Positions 38,139 to 48,482 are shown, numbered from the stretch's first letter. The stretch: DNA of 64,000 nt from Patescibacteria group bacterium (GCA_018818205.1 JAHISJ010000002.1:3895-67894), one strand, 5' to 3'. The notes: generated from the letters alone by a model not told the origin. Made by a program: numbers and translations.

Positions 38139-38266
38139 GTAGCAAAGGCAAAAAGCTATTAGGTTTTTAAAATAACGAACACTTTGACATACACAATGAT
38201 GCTGATCCTTGGCATAAAGAGAGAGGAGTGATACAATCAAAAAGCTATCATGTATAGGTTTCACAA

Positions 38267-39064
38267 ATGAGTTATATTGATGCAGTCATTTTAGGGCTTG
38301 TGCAAGGGTTAACTGAGTTTATTCCGGTGTCCAGTTCCGGACATTTAGTTCTTGTTCGCGATGTTCTTGGAATATCAGAGGGAGGCCTCTTTTTTGATGT
38401 GATTTTGCATCTAGGGACTCTTCTTGCAGTTATTATATATTTCAGAAAAGATCTCCTAGAACTCATTGTAAATTTTTCAAAAGATAAAAAAGTATTTTTT
38501 CTGCTCATAATTGGTACCATTCCAGCAATAGTGATAGGTTTTTTCCTAAGTGATCTGCTTGAGCAAATATCTGATTTTGTTTATATTGTTCCAGTGTTAA
38601 TGGTAGTTACTGGAATCCTTTTTTTGGTAAGTGAACGTGTATACGCAAGAAAAGACAAAAAAAAGCTCATTACTTCCTTAGATAAAATAAAATATAAAGA
38701 TGCGACATATATTGGCCTTTTGCAGGCGTGTGCATTGCTCCCCGGTGTTTCTAGGTCGGGAGTAACAATCGTCGGTGGGTTCTTTAGGTCGCTTAAAAGA
38801 GAAACAGCTGCAAAGTTTTCATTTTTCTTATCAATCCCTGCTATTTTGGCAGCTGCAGCATATACGACATATGAAGCAGTAGGTGAAAACGGTGGCATAC
38901 TTATAGAGGGACCGACTGTTCTTGGTTTCTTTGTATCTTTTCTTTCAGGGCTCTTTGCGGTTGCCTTTTTGATGAGATATATAAGAAAGCATGGGTTAAA
39001 CGTTTTTGCTTACTATTTGTTTGCAGTCTCAGGTATCTTAATACTCTTTTACCTACTTCGATGA
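38267..39064 (+). CDS. uppP: undecaprenyl-diphosphate phosphatase UppP (BacA)
   Basis: GLTEFIPVSSSGHL motif plus the C-terminal PGVSRSG motif. Eight TM helices. Confidence 0.92.
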   Translation: MSYIDAVILGLVQGLTEFIPVSSSGHLVLVRDVLGISEGGLFFDVILHLGTLLAVIIYFRKDLLELIVNFSKDKKVFFLLIIGTIPAIVIGFFLSDLLEQISDFVYIVPVLMVVTGILFLVSERVYARKDKKKLITSLDKIKYKDATYIGLLQACALLPGVSRSGVTIVGGFFRSLKRETAAKFSFFLSIPAILAAAAYTTYEAVGENGGILIEGPTVLGFFVSFLSGLFAVAFLMRYIRKHGLNVFAYYLFAVSGILILFYLLR

Positions 39065-39519
39065 TGCGAGATATTTGGAAAGGTAAAAAAGTAAGTATAC
39101 TTTCAAAAGATGAACATGATACCAGACGAGTTGGTGCTGAACTTGCATCGATGATTTCTCCAAAGACAGTCGTGGCATTAAGCGGAGACCTTGGATATGG
39201 CAAGACGGAATTTGTAAAAGGGTTTGCAAAATACTTGGGAGTAAATGAGCCAGTCTCAAGTCCGACATTTGTGCTCTATAAAGAGTACTCGGTTTCCAAA
39301 GGAGATAGTAGGCGGCTGTATCACTTTGATTTATATAGACTTGCGTCACCTGAGGATCTTACTTCCCTTGGTTTTGAGGAAATCATAGATGATAACGAAG
39401 GTGTCTCGATCATTGAATGGGCTGAGAAGATCCCTGAGCTTATACCAAAAGGGAGCGTACAGGTACACTTTTCATATTTAGACGCAGCAAGGCGTAAACT
39501 TACTTTTTCTGTAACATAA
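39061..39519 (+). CDS. tsaE: tRNA threonylcarbamoyladenosine biosynthesis protein TsaE
   Basis: LSGDLGYGKTEFVKG P-loop, SPTF motif and HFDLYRL. Confidence 0.88.
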   Translation: MMRDIWKGKKVSILSKDEHDTRRVGAELASMISPKTVVALSGDLGYGKTEFVKGFAKYLGVNEPVSSPTFVLYKEYSVSKGDSRRLYHFDLYRLASPEDLTSLGFEEIIDDNEGVSIIEWAEKIPELIPKGSVQVHFSYLDAARRKLTFSVT

Positions 39520-39599
39520 AACTGTTTGTACACACATCTCTTGGACAGAGACACTAATCTCTCGTATAATGAGAGGCACTTATAACATAATCAAACACT

Positions 39600-39917
39600 A
39601 TGCCCGCACTTCATATCGATGATACTCATTTTGAAGAAGAGGTAGTAAAATCAGACAAGATTGTGCTCGTAGATTTTTTCGCATCGTGGTGTGGTCCATG
39701 TCAAGCTCTTGGTCCCATCATTGATGAACTTGCTGATGAACAGCAAGAGTTTAAGATTTGTAAAATCGATATTGATGCAAACAGTGAATCTGCATCAAAG
39801 TATGGGGTAATGAGCATTCCTACACTGGTGTTCTTCAAAGAGGGGGCCGAGGTAAATCGTCTGCAGGGACTTAAAACAAAAGAAGAGCTTTTAGAGACAC
39901 TTACTAATCTTAAGTAA
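39600..39917 (+). CDS. trxA: thioredoxin
   Basis: FFASWCGPCQALGP active site and the thioredoxin fold length. Confidence 0.93.
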   Translation: MPALHIDDTHFEEEVVKSDKIVLVDFFASWCGPCQALGPIIDELADEQQEFKICKIDIDANSESASKYGVMSIPTLVFFKEGAEVNRLQGLKTKEELLETLTNLK

Positions 39918-39929
39918 GGGAGCAATTCC

Positions 39930-40622
39930 ATGAAACTGCTCGGGTATTTTTTGCTGGGGCTCCTTCCAGGACTTTTCTGGATGTGGTTTTATTTACGAAA
40001 GGACAGAGAAAAACCAGAGCCTATAAAGCTTATTGCTAAGGTGTTTCTTTTTGGCATGGCTGCAACGTTTCCTGCAATAGCCCTTGAATTTGCCATAGAT
40101 TACTTTTTCCCCTTTTCTGGACAGAGGGGGCTTGTACCCATTATACTTGGATCTTTGCTTGTTGTTGCTCCCGTGGAGGAACTGCTGAAGTACGTGGTAG
40201 TCCGAGATGTTGTGTTTAAAGATCCTCATTTTGATGAACCGGTTGATGGAATAATGTATGCTGTTGTCGCAGCACTGGGGTTTGCGTCGCTGGAAAACTT
40301 ACTCGTAGTGTTTAGTGAAGGCGGAACGGTACTCTTACTCAGGTTTGCAACCGCAACACTGATGCACGCTCTGACATCAGGAATCGTCGGATATTACATT
40401 GGGCGAGGAATGATAGAACCCGAGAAGAAAAAAGCGTATATTCGGCAAGGGCTGTTTCTTGCGATACTGCTCCATGCACTTTACAATATTAGTGTTTCGC
40501 TGAGTAGCAATCTCATATTAACCATAGTACTGGTCACTGTTTTACTCGGTGCAATGTTCTACATACTCTCTCAAGGAATAAAAGAGTTAAAGCTTTTTAC
40601 GGTAAAACGGCGAGTTGAATAG
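39930..40622 (+). CDS. prsW: PrsW-family intramembrane glutamic protease
   Basis: Motifs VEELLKY (EExxK), FASLENL (FxxxEN) and HALTSGIVGYYIG within TM helices. Confidence 0.65.
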   Translation: MKLLGYFLLGLLPGLFWMWFYLRKDREKPEPIKLIAKVFLFGMAATFPAIALEFAIDYFFPFSGQRGLVPIILGSLLVVAPVEELLKYVVVRDVVFKDPHFDEPVDGIMYAVVAALGFASLENLLVVFSEGGTVLLLRFATATLMHALTSGIVGYYIGRGMIEPEKKKAYIRQGLFLAILLHALYNISVSLSSNLILTIVLVTVLLGAMFYILSQGIKELKLFTVKRRVE

Positions 40623-40701
40623 TAGTGTATATAGGTTTTGCATCGGAAGCAAAAATAGTATATAATGGTCACAGAAACTTTAGTTTTAATGTGAAAATAA
40701 A

Positions 40702-41280
40702 ATGGCTCTTGGAAAAATTCTTGGTGGGCTACGTTCAAAGAACGTACCATCCGATGATGATAAAGCAACTAACTTAGGCAAGTCTCTTGAGGTAGAAACA
40801 ATGCCACAAGAGCTTAACGAGGAAGAGGAATTTGAAGAAAAGGACATTGCTATAGAAGAAGATGATAATGGTGAAGACTATTCAGAGGAGTTAGAAGCAG
40901 ATGAAACGGAGCCACCAGAAGAAGCTGAAGGTGGATTATCATCAGAATACGAAGGCCAGCTTACCATAGACGTTTTCCAAACCGACAAAGATATTGTTAT
41001 TAAATCAACCATTGCAGGCGTGAGCCCGGAGAGTATTGATGTTTCTATTGATAACGACATGGTCACCATAAAAGGTGAACGCAGCAATGAGCATGAAGTC
41101 TCAGAAGAAGATTACTATTATCAAGAGTGTTATTGGGGAGCTTTCTCACGTAGTGTTATTTTGCCTGTTGATGTTGTTGCAGACAAGGCAGATGCAAAGC
41201 TCAAAAACGGTATATTGACTGTTAAACTACCAAAAGCGCATCAATCAAAGACCAAAAAGATTAGCGTTAAGGCAGCATAA
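40702..41280 (+). CDS. Hsp20/alpha-crystallin small heat-shock protein with acidic N-terminal region
   Basis: C-terminal ACD (LTIDVFQTDKDIVIKSTIAGVSPESIDVSIDNDMVTIKGER...GAFSRSVILP...NGILTVKLPK). Confidence 0.85.
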   Translation: MALGKILGGLRSKNVPSDDDKATNLGKSLEVETMPQELNEEEEFEEKDIAIEEDDNGEDYSEELEADETEPPEEAEGGLSSEYEGQLTIDVFQTDKDIVIKSTIAGVSPESIDVSIDNDMVTIKGERSNEHEVSEEDYYYQECYWGAFSRSVILPVDVVADKADAKLKNGILTVKLPKAHQSKTKKISVKAA

Positions 41281-41370
41281 TATCAAATACAGTTTAGGAT
41301 ACAGTAGCCCCCTTTTATAGGGGGTTTTCTTCTTCACGGTATTTTTTTGTGTGATATAATTAACCATTGA

Positions 41371-41844
41371 ATGGAGAATTGCATGACTATTGTGGATTAC
41401 ATTGTTATAGCTGGTGTCTTAGTATGTATTGGATGGCTTTCCTATCTCACGTATATTTTTTTTGGTATACAAAAAGAGAAAAAGGAGGTGCTCTCATCAC
41501 TCAAGAGCGATGGTATAGATGATATTTTAGAAAAACATGGCAAACAACTTAAAAAAAGCGATATAGACTCAAAAGAACTCTACACAATAACTGACGAACT
41601 CTCTAAAAAGCTGAGCAGCAGTATTACTAAGTGTGGTGTTATTCGTTTTAATCCGTTCGCAGGCGAAGGAGGCAATCAAAGCTTTTCAATCGCACTTCTT
41701 AACGATCATAACACGGGAGCAGTAATTTCCAGTCTATATAGCAGAAACAGCGGGTCACGCTTTTTTGCAAAACCGGTAACAAATGGTGAGTCAGAAATCA
41801 ACCTAACCAATGAAGAGCGTGAAGCGATTAAAAATGCTAGCTAA
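41371..41844 (+). CDS. membrane-anchored protein with a conserved C-terminal domain resembling DUF4446
   Basis: N-terminal TM, C-terminal VIRFNPFAGEGGNQSFSIALLNDHNTGAVISSLYSRNSGSRFFAKPV. Family identification is from memory only. Confidence 0.45.
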   Translation: MENCMTIVDYIVIAGVLVCIGWLSYLTYIFFGIQKEKKEVLSSLKSDGIDDILEKHGKQLKKSDIDSKELYTITDELSKKLSSSITKCGVIRFNPFAGEGGNQSFSIALLNDHNTGAVISSLYSRNSGSRFFAKPVTNGESEINLTNEEREAIKNAS

Positions 41845-41859
41845 AAACACTAATACGAA

Positions 41860-42261
41860 ATGGCTATGTTTAAAGCAAAGACACTAGAGGAGAGGGAAAC
41901 AGTGCACACTAATGACGAAACGGTCATAGGCACATCCGTTAAACTGGAAGGGGATTTTAAAAGCGAAGGAGATGTAACGGTTAATGGTGAGGTCTCAGGC
42001 ACTGTATTTACTGAAGGCGATTTGACCGTTGGAGAGACGGCAATAGTCAAGGCAAACGTTCATGGGAAAAATGTTCTTATCGCGGGTAAGGTTGAGGGTG
42101 ATGTGAAGTCACAAGATAAGGTTGAGCTTAAAGCAAGCTGTAAAGTGATTGGCAACATTGAAACAAGTCGAATTGAAATTGCTGACGGCGCATTTTTTGG
42201 CGGGGAATGTATTATGGGAAAGACTTCCGATTCTTTAGAAACAGACGAGGGTGAAGCGTAA
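41860..42261 (+). CDS. bactofilin (CcmA/DUF583 polymer-forming cytoskeletal protein)
   Basis: Repetitive GDV/GEV beta-helix rungs (GDVTVNGEVSGTVFTEGDLTVGETAIVKANVHGKNVLIAGKVEGDVKSQDKVEL). Confidence 0.85.
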   Translation: MAMFKAKTLEERETVHTNDETVIGTSVKLEGDFKSEGDVTVNGEVSGTVFTEGDLTVGETAIVKANVHGKNVLIAGKVEGDVKSQDKVELKASCKVIGNIETSRIEIADGAFFGGECIMGKTSDSLETDEGEA

Positions 42262-42273
42262 CTAGAAAGTGGG

Positions 42274-43104
42274 ATGTATTACTATATTTTTGACCAGACC
42301 TCTCAAAAGCACGGTTTTCAAAAGGCGCTCGACAAGATTGGCTTGAAGATCACGGATCTTGAGCTTGATGGAGAGAAGACAAAAGAGACCATAACAAAAA
42401 ATATATCACTCCTTACTAATGAAGCGCTAGAAAAAGACGTTAAGAATATTATCGTTGTTGGAACCGATTCATCACTCAATGCTGTTCTAAAAGGCATTGT
42501 GGCAAAGAAGAAGGATGTGGCACTTGGCTACATTCCACTCAAACGTTCGCTTTATAGCGAACTTTTTAATATCCCGATTCAAGAACATGCACTGGAGATT
42601 ATTTCTAAGCGTAAAATTATTACTACTGATCTAGGAAAAGTTAACCATGGCTATTTCATTTCATCTATGAAATATGCGCATTCACTAAAAAAAAGCGGAT
42701 CAATGTTTAACGTAAAGTCTCTTTTTCAAATAAGAAGTCCTGAGAATATACTTTTTGACTTTCAATATAATGACAATTTTGATTTACACGCAGAGGCTGC
42801 ACGGTTCTCGATTTTTAATGTTGTCTCGAGCGGAGAAAACAAACAGTTGAGAGAAGAGCATAATGTAGCTCTTGGAAAGAGGGCACATAGTGATGGGCGG
42901 TTTGATATATGCGTGCTCAGCAAAGGCTCTAGTCCAGAAAACCGAACGTGTTTTCAAGCAACACATCTCTACGTTAAGTCACATGCAGGGCCGGTCACCT
43001 GTATCCTAGACGAGTGTGTTGATATGCGTTCACAGGAATTTACGGTGCATGTTTTGCCCATGTCTCTTAAAATGATCGTTGGTAATGCTACCCTTTTTAG
43101 GTAG
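42274..43104 (+). CDS. DAGK_cat (YegS/BmrU lipid-kinase)-like protein with a degenerate catalytic motif
   Basis: Overall pattern of the DAGK catalytic domain, but the GGDGT motif reads GTDSS and PLGTGND reads PLKRSLY. Possibly a non-catalytic paralog. Confidence 0.4.
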   Translation: MYYYIFDQTSQKHGFQKALDKIGLKITDLELDGEKTKETITKNISLLTNEALEKDVKNIIVVGTDSSLNAVLKGIVAKKKDVALGYIPLKRSLYSELFNIPIQEHALEIISKRKIITTDLGKVNHGYFISSMKYAHSLKKSGSMFNVKSLFQIRSPENILFDFQYNDNFDLHAEAARFSIFNVVSSGENKQLREEHNVALGKRAHSDGRFDICVLSKGSSPENRTCFQATHLYVKSHAGPVTCILDECVDMRSQEFTVHVLPMSLKMIVGNATLFR

Positions 43105-43114
43105 TGTGCCAGTT

Positions 43115-43190
43115 TTGACGCGTGCTCATTTGTCATGTATGATAGGAGAAAGTCTATAATCTTGACTTTCTCTTTTTGAGTAGCTATAAT
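43115..43190 (+). promoter_or_regulatory. two tandem sigma70-type promoters upstream of infB (TTGACG-17-TATGAT and TTGACT-17-TATAAT)
   Basis: P1 -35 at 43115-43120 and -10 at 43138-43143. P2 -35 at 43162-43167 and -10 at 43185-43190, a near-consensus promoter. Confidence 0.5.
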
Positions 43191-43219
43191 GAGGTGTTTT
43201 ATTCTAGGGAAAAGGATCT

Positions 43220-45157
43220 ATGTATATATCTGATATCGCGCGAAAATTGCGTATTAGGGACAAGGACTTGCGGCAGAAATTAAAAGGCATGGGCTATAAT
43301 TTTAAACCTCGTGTTCGTACTCTTGATGATGCCACTGCACGGGAAATTATTAGCAAACTTGAGGACACCAAAGAGCCTGCAAAGAAGGAAGAAGAAACCC
43401 TGCCAACAGTGAGCGAAGTTGAAATCCCTGAGACAGTCACGGTCGGAGAATTCGCAGAAAAGACAGGAAAGCCAGCGTCAGAAGTGATTCAAGATCTAAT
43501 GAAAAATGGTATCATGGCTGCCATTAATCAAGAGATCGATTTTGACACCGCAACGTTGCTTGCAGAAGGGTATGGTATTACCGTTAAAAAATTTGTTGAC
43601 GAGCAAGTTCAAGACAGAGAAAAAGGCATCAGACAAAAAATCAAAGATGAGGTAGAGAAAAGTGGTGGGAAAAGTGTCAAAATGCGCTCCCCGGTAGTAA
43701 CAGTGATGGGACATGTTGATCATGGAAAAACAACACTACTCGATGCAATCAGAGATACTAATGTGACTTCAAGCGAATCGGGTGGTATTACGCAACATAT
43801 TGGTGCGTACCAGGTAAAAGAAAAAGGTCGCGTGATAACGTTTTTAGATACGCCAGGGCATGAAGCATTTTCTGCCATGCGGGCAAGAGGTGCGAGAGTA
43901 ACTGACATTGCTATTTTGTTAGTTGCGGCAGATGATGGAGTAAAACCACAAACCAAAGAAGCGCTTGATCTTATTAAGAAAGAAAAAGTACCGTTTATTG
44001 TTGCTATAAACAAGATTGATAAGCCCGGGGCAAATATTGAACGGGTAAAAAAAGAACTCGGTGATTTAGAGGTGGTACCTGAAGACTGGGGTGGCGATAC
44101 GGTAATGGTAGAAGTGTCTGCAAAAAAGAAACTCAATATTGACAATCTACTCGAAATGATCTTGCTGGTTGCCGATGTTGAGGAGCTCAAAGCGGAGTTT
44201 GATGTTCCAGCAGTGGGAACAATAATCGAGCAGCACAAAGATGCCAGACGTGGTGCAACCGCAACAGTATTGGTCCAAAATGGAACGTTAAAAGTGGGCG
44301 ACTTTGTAACGGTGGGCGGTGTTATGGGAACTATCAGGTCCATGGAGAACTATCAAGGGAAAAAAGTCGATCATGCGAAGCCGTCAACGCCTGTTCAAAT
44401 CCTTGGGCTAGAATCGCTTCCGGCAGTAGGTGACATTTTGCATGTTGAAGAAGATAAGGCAAAGGCTAAAGAGAAGATAAACAGACTTAAAAAGAAGGCA
44501 AAGTCCTCTAAGAGAAAAGTAGACGACAGCGGCAAAGAAATAAAAAAACTGAACATACTTATTAAAGCAGATGTGCAAGGCTCGCTTGAAGCTATTTTAG
44601 GCTCGCTTGATAAAATCGAGAGTGACAGAGTAGCAATCGACGTGGTTGACTACGGAGTTGGAAAAATAACAGAATCAGACATTATGCTGGTAAGTTCATC
44701 AAATGCTAAAGTGTATCTTTTTAGAACAGCGCCAACATCAATTGCACGAGTTCTTGCGAGAGACAAAAAGATTATCTTAAATGAATACTCGGTTATTTAC
44801 GAGCTCATTGATGCAATTAAGACGGCATTAACTGAACTTATTGAACCGGAAGTCGTCGAAAAAACAATTGGATCCCTTGAGATTTTAAAGATTTTTAGAA
44901 CAGAAAAGGGAAAAATGATCATAGGTGGAAAAGTAGTAAAAGGTAAAATTATTAAAGACTCAAGAGTTGTGGTAACCCGTGGTGAGGAGGAGCTCGGCGA
45001 CGGGTCAATATCAAATATTCAAAGGGGCCAGTCTCCCGTTGATACGGTGGCCCAAGGAGAAGAATGTGGAATGAAGTATGAGGGTAAGGTTCGCATAAAG
45101 ACCGGAGACATCCTTACTATTATAGAGCGCAAAGTGATTAAACATACAATAAACTAG
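43220..45157 (+). CDS. infB: translation initiation factor IF-2 (short N-terminal form)
   Basis: G domain GHVDHGKTTLLD, DTPGHEAF, NKIDK, and the C-terminal beta-barrel domains. Confidence 0.95.
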   Translation: MYISDIARKLRIRDKDLRQKLKGMGYNFKPRVRTLDDATAREIISKLEDTKEPAKKEEETLPTVSEVEIPETVTVGEFAEKTGKPASEVIQDLMKNGIMAAINQEIDFDTATLLAEGYGITVKKFVDEQVQDREKGIRQKIKDEVEKSGGKSVKMRSPVVTVMGHVDHGKTTLLDAIRDTNVTSSESGGITQHIGAYQVKEKGRVITFLDTPGHEAFSAMRARGARVTDIAILLVAADDGVKPQTKEALDLIKKEKVPFIVAINKIDKPGANIERVKKELGDLEVVPEDWGGDTVMVEVSAKKKLNIDNLLEMILLVADVEELKAEFDVPAVGTIIEQHKDARRGATATVLVQNGTLKVGDFVTVGGVMGTIRSMENYQGKKVDHAKPSTPVQILGLESLPAVGDILHVEEDKAKAKEKINRLKKKAKSSKRKVDDSGKEIKKLNILIKADVQGSLEAILGSLDKIESDRVAIDVVDYGVGKITESDIMLVSSSNAKVYLFRTAPTSIARVLARDKKIILNEYSVIYELIDAIKTALTELIEPEVVEKTIGSLEILKIFRTEKGKMIIGGKVVKGKIIKDSRVVVTRGEEELGDGSISNIQRGQSPVDTVAQGEECGMKYEGKVRIKTGDILTIIERKVIKHTIN

Positions 45158-45158
45158 C

Positions 45159-45506
45159 ATGTCACGTTCAGACAAAGTAAATAGTCTTATTAAGCGTGAA
45201 CTTGCAGCGCTTATACCACAAGAGATTGAACTGCCAAAAGGATGTATTGTAACGGTGTCTGAGGTTGAAGCTTCCTTAGATGTGAGGCATGCACGAGCGT
45301 ATATAAGCGTGATGCCCAAAGACAAGGAAGAGGATGTTATGGAACTTCTTGGTACACATATTTACGATATACAGCAAAACCTAAACAAAAAACTCGTTAT
45401 GCGACATGTCCCAAAGATCAGGTTTATGATTGATCATAGAGAGGAACACGCAGCGCGTATAGAAGAGATTATTAGCAGTGAGTATCAAGACGATGGCAAT
45501 AAGTGA
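45159..45506 (+). CDS. rbfA: ribosome-binding factor A
   Basis: RVNSLIKRELAALI...HVPKIRF KH-like RbfA signature, directly after infB. Confidence 0.9.
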   Translation: MSRSDKVNSLIKRELAALIPQEIELPKGCIVTVSEVEASLDVRHARAYISVMPKDKEEDVMELLGTHIYDIQQNLNKKLVMRHVPKIRFMIDHREEHAARIEEIISSEYQDDGNK

Positions 45507-46464
45507 AGTGTTATCTAATAGATTTCGGTATTTGGTTTCAAAGAGCAAATCTATTGTGCTTGTTTCCCACAGAAAGCCCGACGGAGATACTGTTGGTTCA
45601 ATGCTTGGGCTCGCGCTCGCGCTCACTGGTGAAGGAAAGAACGTTTCCACTTTTTCGTCAGATCCCCTTACAGCGCAGCTTACCATTTTACCCTCTGCTC
45701 ATAGAGTAAAGAATACAGCTGACTTTGTTGCTGGTGATTATGATTTAGTTATTGCGCTTGATTGTGGTGATTATAGCCAGATGGGACTTTCCGTTGAGCA
45801 AGATAGACTGCCCCTTATTATAAATATTGATCACCACGGGACGGAATGCTTTGGTGATTTAAATATTGTTGATACAAAGGCGTCATCAACTGCAGAAATT
45901 GTTCATGTGCTTTTAAAAAAACTCCATATCCCTATTTCAAAAAATATTGCGACGTGCTTTCTTGCCGGTATTATGCAAGACACAGACAACTTTAAAAATC
46001 CAAATACAACCACCCAAACACTTGAAACGACGTCATACTTACTCTCTAGAGGTGCGAACTTCAAAAAATTAGGGAGACATTTTAATCATAGTAAGTCGCT
46101 CAGTAGTTTAAAACTTTGGGGCAAGATTTTGGCTCGCATGAGACGACATCCTCAGTTGAATGTGGTTTCAACATTTATTACCAACCAAGAGATAGTAGAA
46201 TCTAACTCATCGTCTGAGGATATTGAAGGAGTGGCAAACTTTTTAAACAGTATTCCAGACGTAAAAGCATCATGTGTGCTTACCGAGATCGAAAAAGACG
46301 AGATTAAGGGAAGCTTACGGACTCTTGACGAGTCGGTTGATGTATCAAAGATCGCTTCCTTTTTTGGAGGTGGTGGGCACAAAAAGGCCGCAGGATTTCG
46401 ACTTAAAGGGCGCATTGTAATGTATAACAACGCGTGGCACGTTAAAAGTACAAAGCTAGCATAA
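45478..46464 (+). CDS. nrnA: DHH/DHHA1 phosphoesterase (NrnA-like nanoRNase / pAp phosphatase)
   Basis: SHRKPDGDTVGS (motif I), LDCGD, NIDHH (motif III), GGGGHKKAAG (DHHA1). Confidence 0.88.
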   Translation: MSIKTMAISEVLSNRFRYLVSKSKSIVLVSHRKPDGDTVGSMLGLALALTGEGKNVSTFSSDPLTAQLTILPSAHRVKNTADFVAGDYDLVIALDCGDYSQMGLSVEQDRLPLIINIDHHGTECFGDLNIVDTKASSTAEIVHVLLKKLHIPISKNIATCFLAGIMQDTDNFKNPNTTTQTLETTSYLLSRGANFKKLGRHFNHSKSLSSLKLWGKILARMRRHPQLNVVSTFITNQEIVESNSSSEDIEGVANFLNSIPDVKASCVLTEIEKDEIKGSLRTLDESVDVSKIASFFGGGGHKKAAGFRLKGRIVMYNNAWHVKSTKLA

Positions 46465-46467
46465 TCT

Positions 46468-47268
46468 ATGACATCTTTTTTTGTCGAATATATTGAAGGA
46501 TTTAAAGCGTATTTTGTACAGCGTACGTTTTTTGATCATGTATTACTTATTGTTGATATTGGTGTTGTTGCGTTGCTTATTTATTATGCACTCGTGTTTA
46601 TTAGAGGCACAAAAGCATCAAAAATTGTGTATGGTATTGTACTGCTTTTAGGCGTTGCATTGGTTGGACAACTTTTGCAACTAGAAACGTTAAACTGGGT
46701 GCTCAAATATGTTGCAACTATTGTGGCGATAGCAATTCCTGTAGTGTTTCAACCGGAGCTGAGACGTGGGTTAGAGAAGCTTGGGAGAACAAGACTTATT
46801 AGTCGGACATCCTTTCTTTCTGACAGAAAACTTGCTACGTCAATTCAAGAACTTATTAAAGCACTACGTGTATTTAAAGAAAATCACGTTGGTGCATTGA
46901 TTGTACTCCAACGAGAGACGGGGCTTAGTGAGTACGTTGAACAAGGAGTGCCGATTAATGGTCTTTTGAGCTCTAAACTACTCATGAATATCTTTTTTCC
47001 AAACTCACCACTCCACGATGGAGCCGTTATTGTGAAGGGCGATAACATTCTCTCTGCCGCGTCAGTGCTCCCTCTTGCTGAGGGGCGAGAAACATATACG
47101 TATGGAACACGGCATAGAGCAGCGATTGGTATAACCGAGGTTAGTGACGCAGTCGCAATAGTTGTTTCGGAAGAACGTGGTACGATTGCACTTGTGTATG
47201 ATGGAAAGGTTGATGATACCATTGCGATTCCAGAGCTTGAAAACAAGCTTATAACTCTTTTGAAATGA
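46468..47268 (+). CDS. cdaA: diadenylate cyclase CdaA (membrane-anchored DAC domain)
   Basis: Three N-terminal TM helices. DAC motifs HDGAVIV and TRHRAAIGITEVSDA. Confidence 0.92.
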   Translation: MTSFFVEYIEGFKAYFVQRTFFDHVLLIVDIGVVALLIYYALVFIRGTKASKIVYGIVLLLGVALVGQLLQLETLNWVLKYVATIVAIAIPVVFQPELRRGLEKLGRTRLISRTSFLSDRKLATSIQELIKALRVFKENHVGALIVLQRETGLSEYVEQGVPINGLLSSKLLMNIFFPNSPLHDGAVIVKGDNILSAASVLPLAEGRETYTYGTRHRAAIGITEVSDAVAIVVSEERGTIALVYDGKVDDTIAIPELENKLITLLK

Positions 47269-48467
47269 AAAAGAAATTCCTTTCAAGCAATCTAGGACTT
47301 AAGCTCATTGCAATCGTTATTGCAATCTTTTTGTGGTTTTATGTGGCAAACGATGGATATCGTGTCGATTTTTTGGATTCAGAAGTTACCATTGAAGCGT
47401 TTAACGTGGCTGAAAGCAAAGCGCTTGCTGAAAATCTTGGTGAGGCACAGGTTAAAGTACGTGCGCCTCTCTCAACATGGTCACGTATTACCGATGATAC
47501 ATTTTCAGCATATGTCGATGCGAAGGGGCTTCAAGCAGGGGAATACACTCTCCCAGTGAAAGTCGTTTCAGAAGATCCTACAGTCCAAGTTCTAGAAACT
47601 GAACCACAAGAAGTACGGGTAGTTATTGATAGCGTAGAATCTGAAAAACGTGATATACGACCAAAAGGAGAAGGTACACCGGGAGAAGGGTATGTTCAAG
47701 AAGAACCCTCAGTAACTGAGACGTCCGCAATGGTCTCTGGTGCCAAAAGAAATGTAGAAAATGTTGCAGAAGTTATTGCACCGGTTGCCGTTGATGGTGC
47801 CATGAGTGACGTAACACAAACCGTTGATCTTGAGGCGGTAGACAGCGAGGGAAATAGAGTAGAGTCAGTTTCCATTTCTCCAAAAACGGTAGAAGTAACC
47901 GTTCCCGTTCACAAAGAAGAAGGGGTTAAAACTGTGGGCGTAAAGGCAAAGACTAAAGGGTCGCCACCGCAGGGGTATTGGATTTCTGACATTAAAATGT
48001 CACCAAGCTCTGTTGCCATTGAAGGCCCGGAAGAGGTGTTAAGCAATGTTGGTTTTGTTGAGACACAATCAATAGATGTATCATCATTTAAAGGCGATGT
48101 TACACAAGAAGTGGCGCTTGATGTTCCAGAGGATATATCTTTAGTAGGAAGTGATACCGTATCAGTGACGGTCAAAGTTAAAAGCGAGGAAGTAGCCCGA
48201 GACATTGAAAAACGTCCAACATTTAGAAACATGCCGGCGGGACAGCACATAACAAGCATGACTCCAGAAAACGTTGTACTGGTTATTGAAGGCCCTGCTG
48301 ATGTGATAAATACGTTTGATCTTAAGACTATGGCCGTTGACGTTGATCTTTCAGGTAAAAAACCCGGAACCTACACCTTGCCAATCCAAAAAGAAATAGT
48401 TACACTTCCCTCAGGCGTGTCGCTCAAAGAAATCGAGACCAAAGAAATAAGAATTGTTATTGAATAA
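47265..48467 (+). CDS. cdaR: CdaA regulatory protein CdaR (YbbR-like repeats)
   Basis: N-terminal TM anchor followed by repeated YbbR-like beta domains. Overlaps the cdaA stop. Confidence 0.8.
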   Translation: MKKKFLSSNLGLKLIAIVIAIFLWFYVANDGYRVDFLDSEVTIEAFNVAESKALAENLGEAQVKVRAPLSTWSRITDDTFSAYVDAKGLQAGEYTLPVKVVSEDPTVQVLETEPQEVRVVIDSVESEKRDIRPKGEGTPGEGYVQEEPSVTETSAMVSGAKRNVENVAEVIAPVAVDGAMSDVTQTVDLEAVDSEGNRVESVSISPKTVEVTVPVHKEEGVKTVGVKAKTKGSPPQGYWISDIKMSPSSVAIEGPEEVLSNVGFVETQSIDVSSFKGDVTQEVALDVPEDISLVGSDTVSVTVKVKSEEVARDIEKRPTFRNMPAGQHITSMTPENVVLVIEGPADVINTFDLKTMAVDVDLSGKKPGTYTLPIQKEIVTLPSGVSLKEIETKEIRIVIE

Positions 48468-48482
48468 TTAACGTACAAAAAA

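Noticed and set aside
43720-44343. 207-aa minus-strand ORF inside infB, and similar antisense ORFs inside sufS, smc, argS and potD-like genes
   Set aside because: They are fully embedded antisense to strongly supported genes. Their Ser/Thr/Pro-rich low-complexity translations are typical mirror-frame artefacts.
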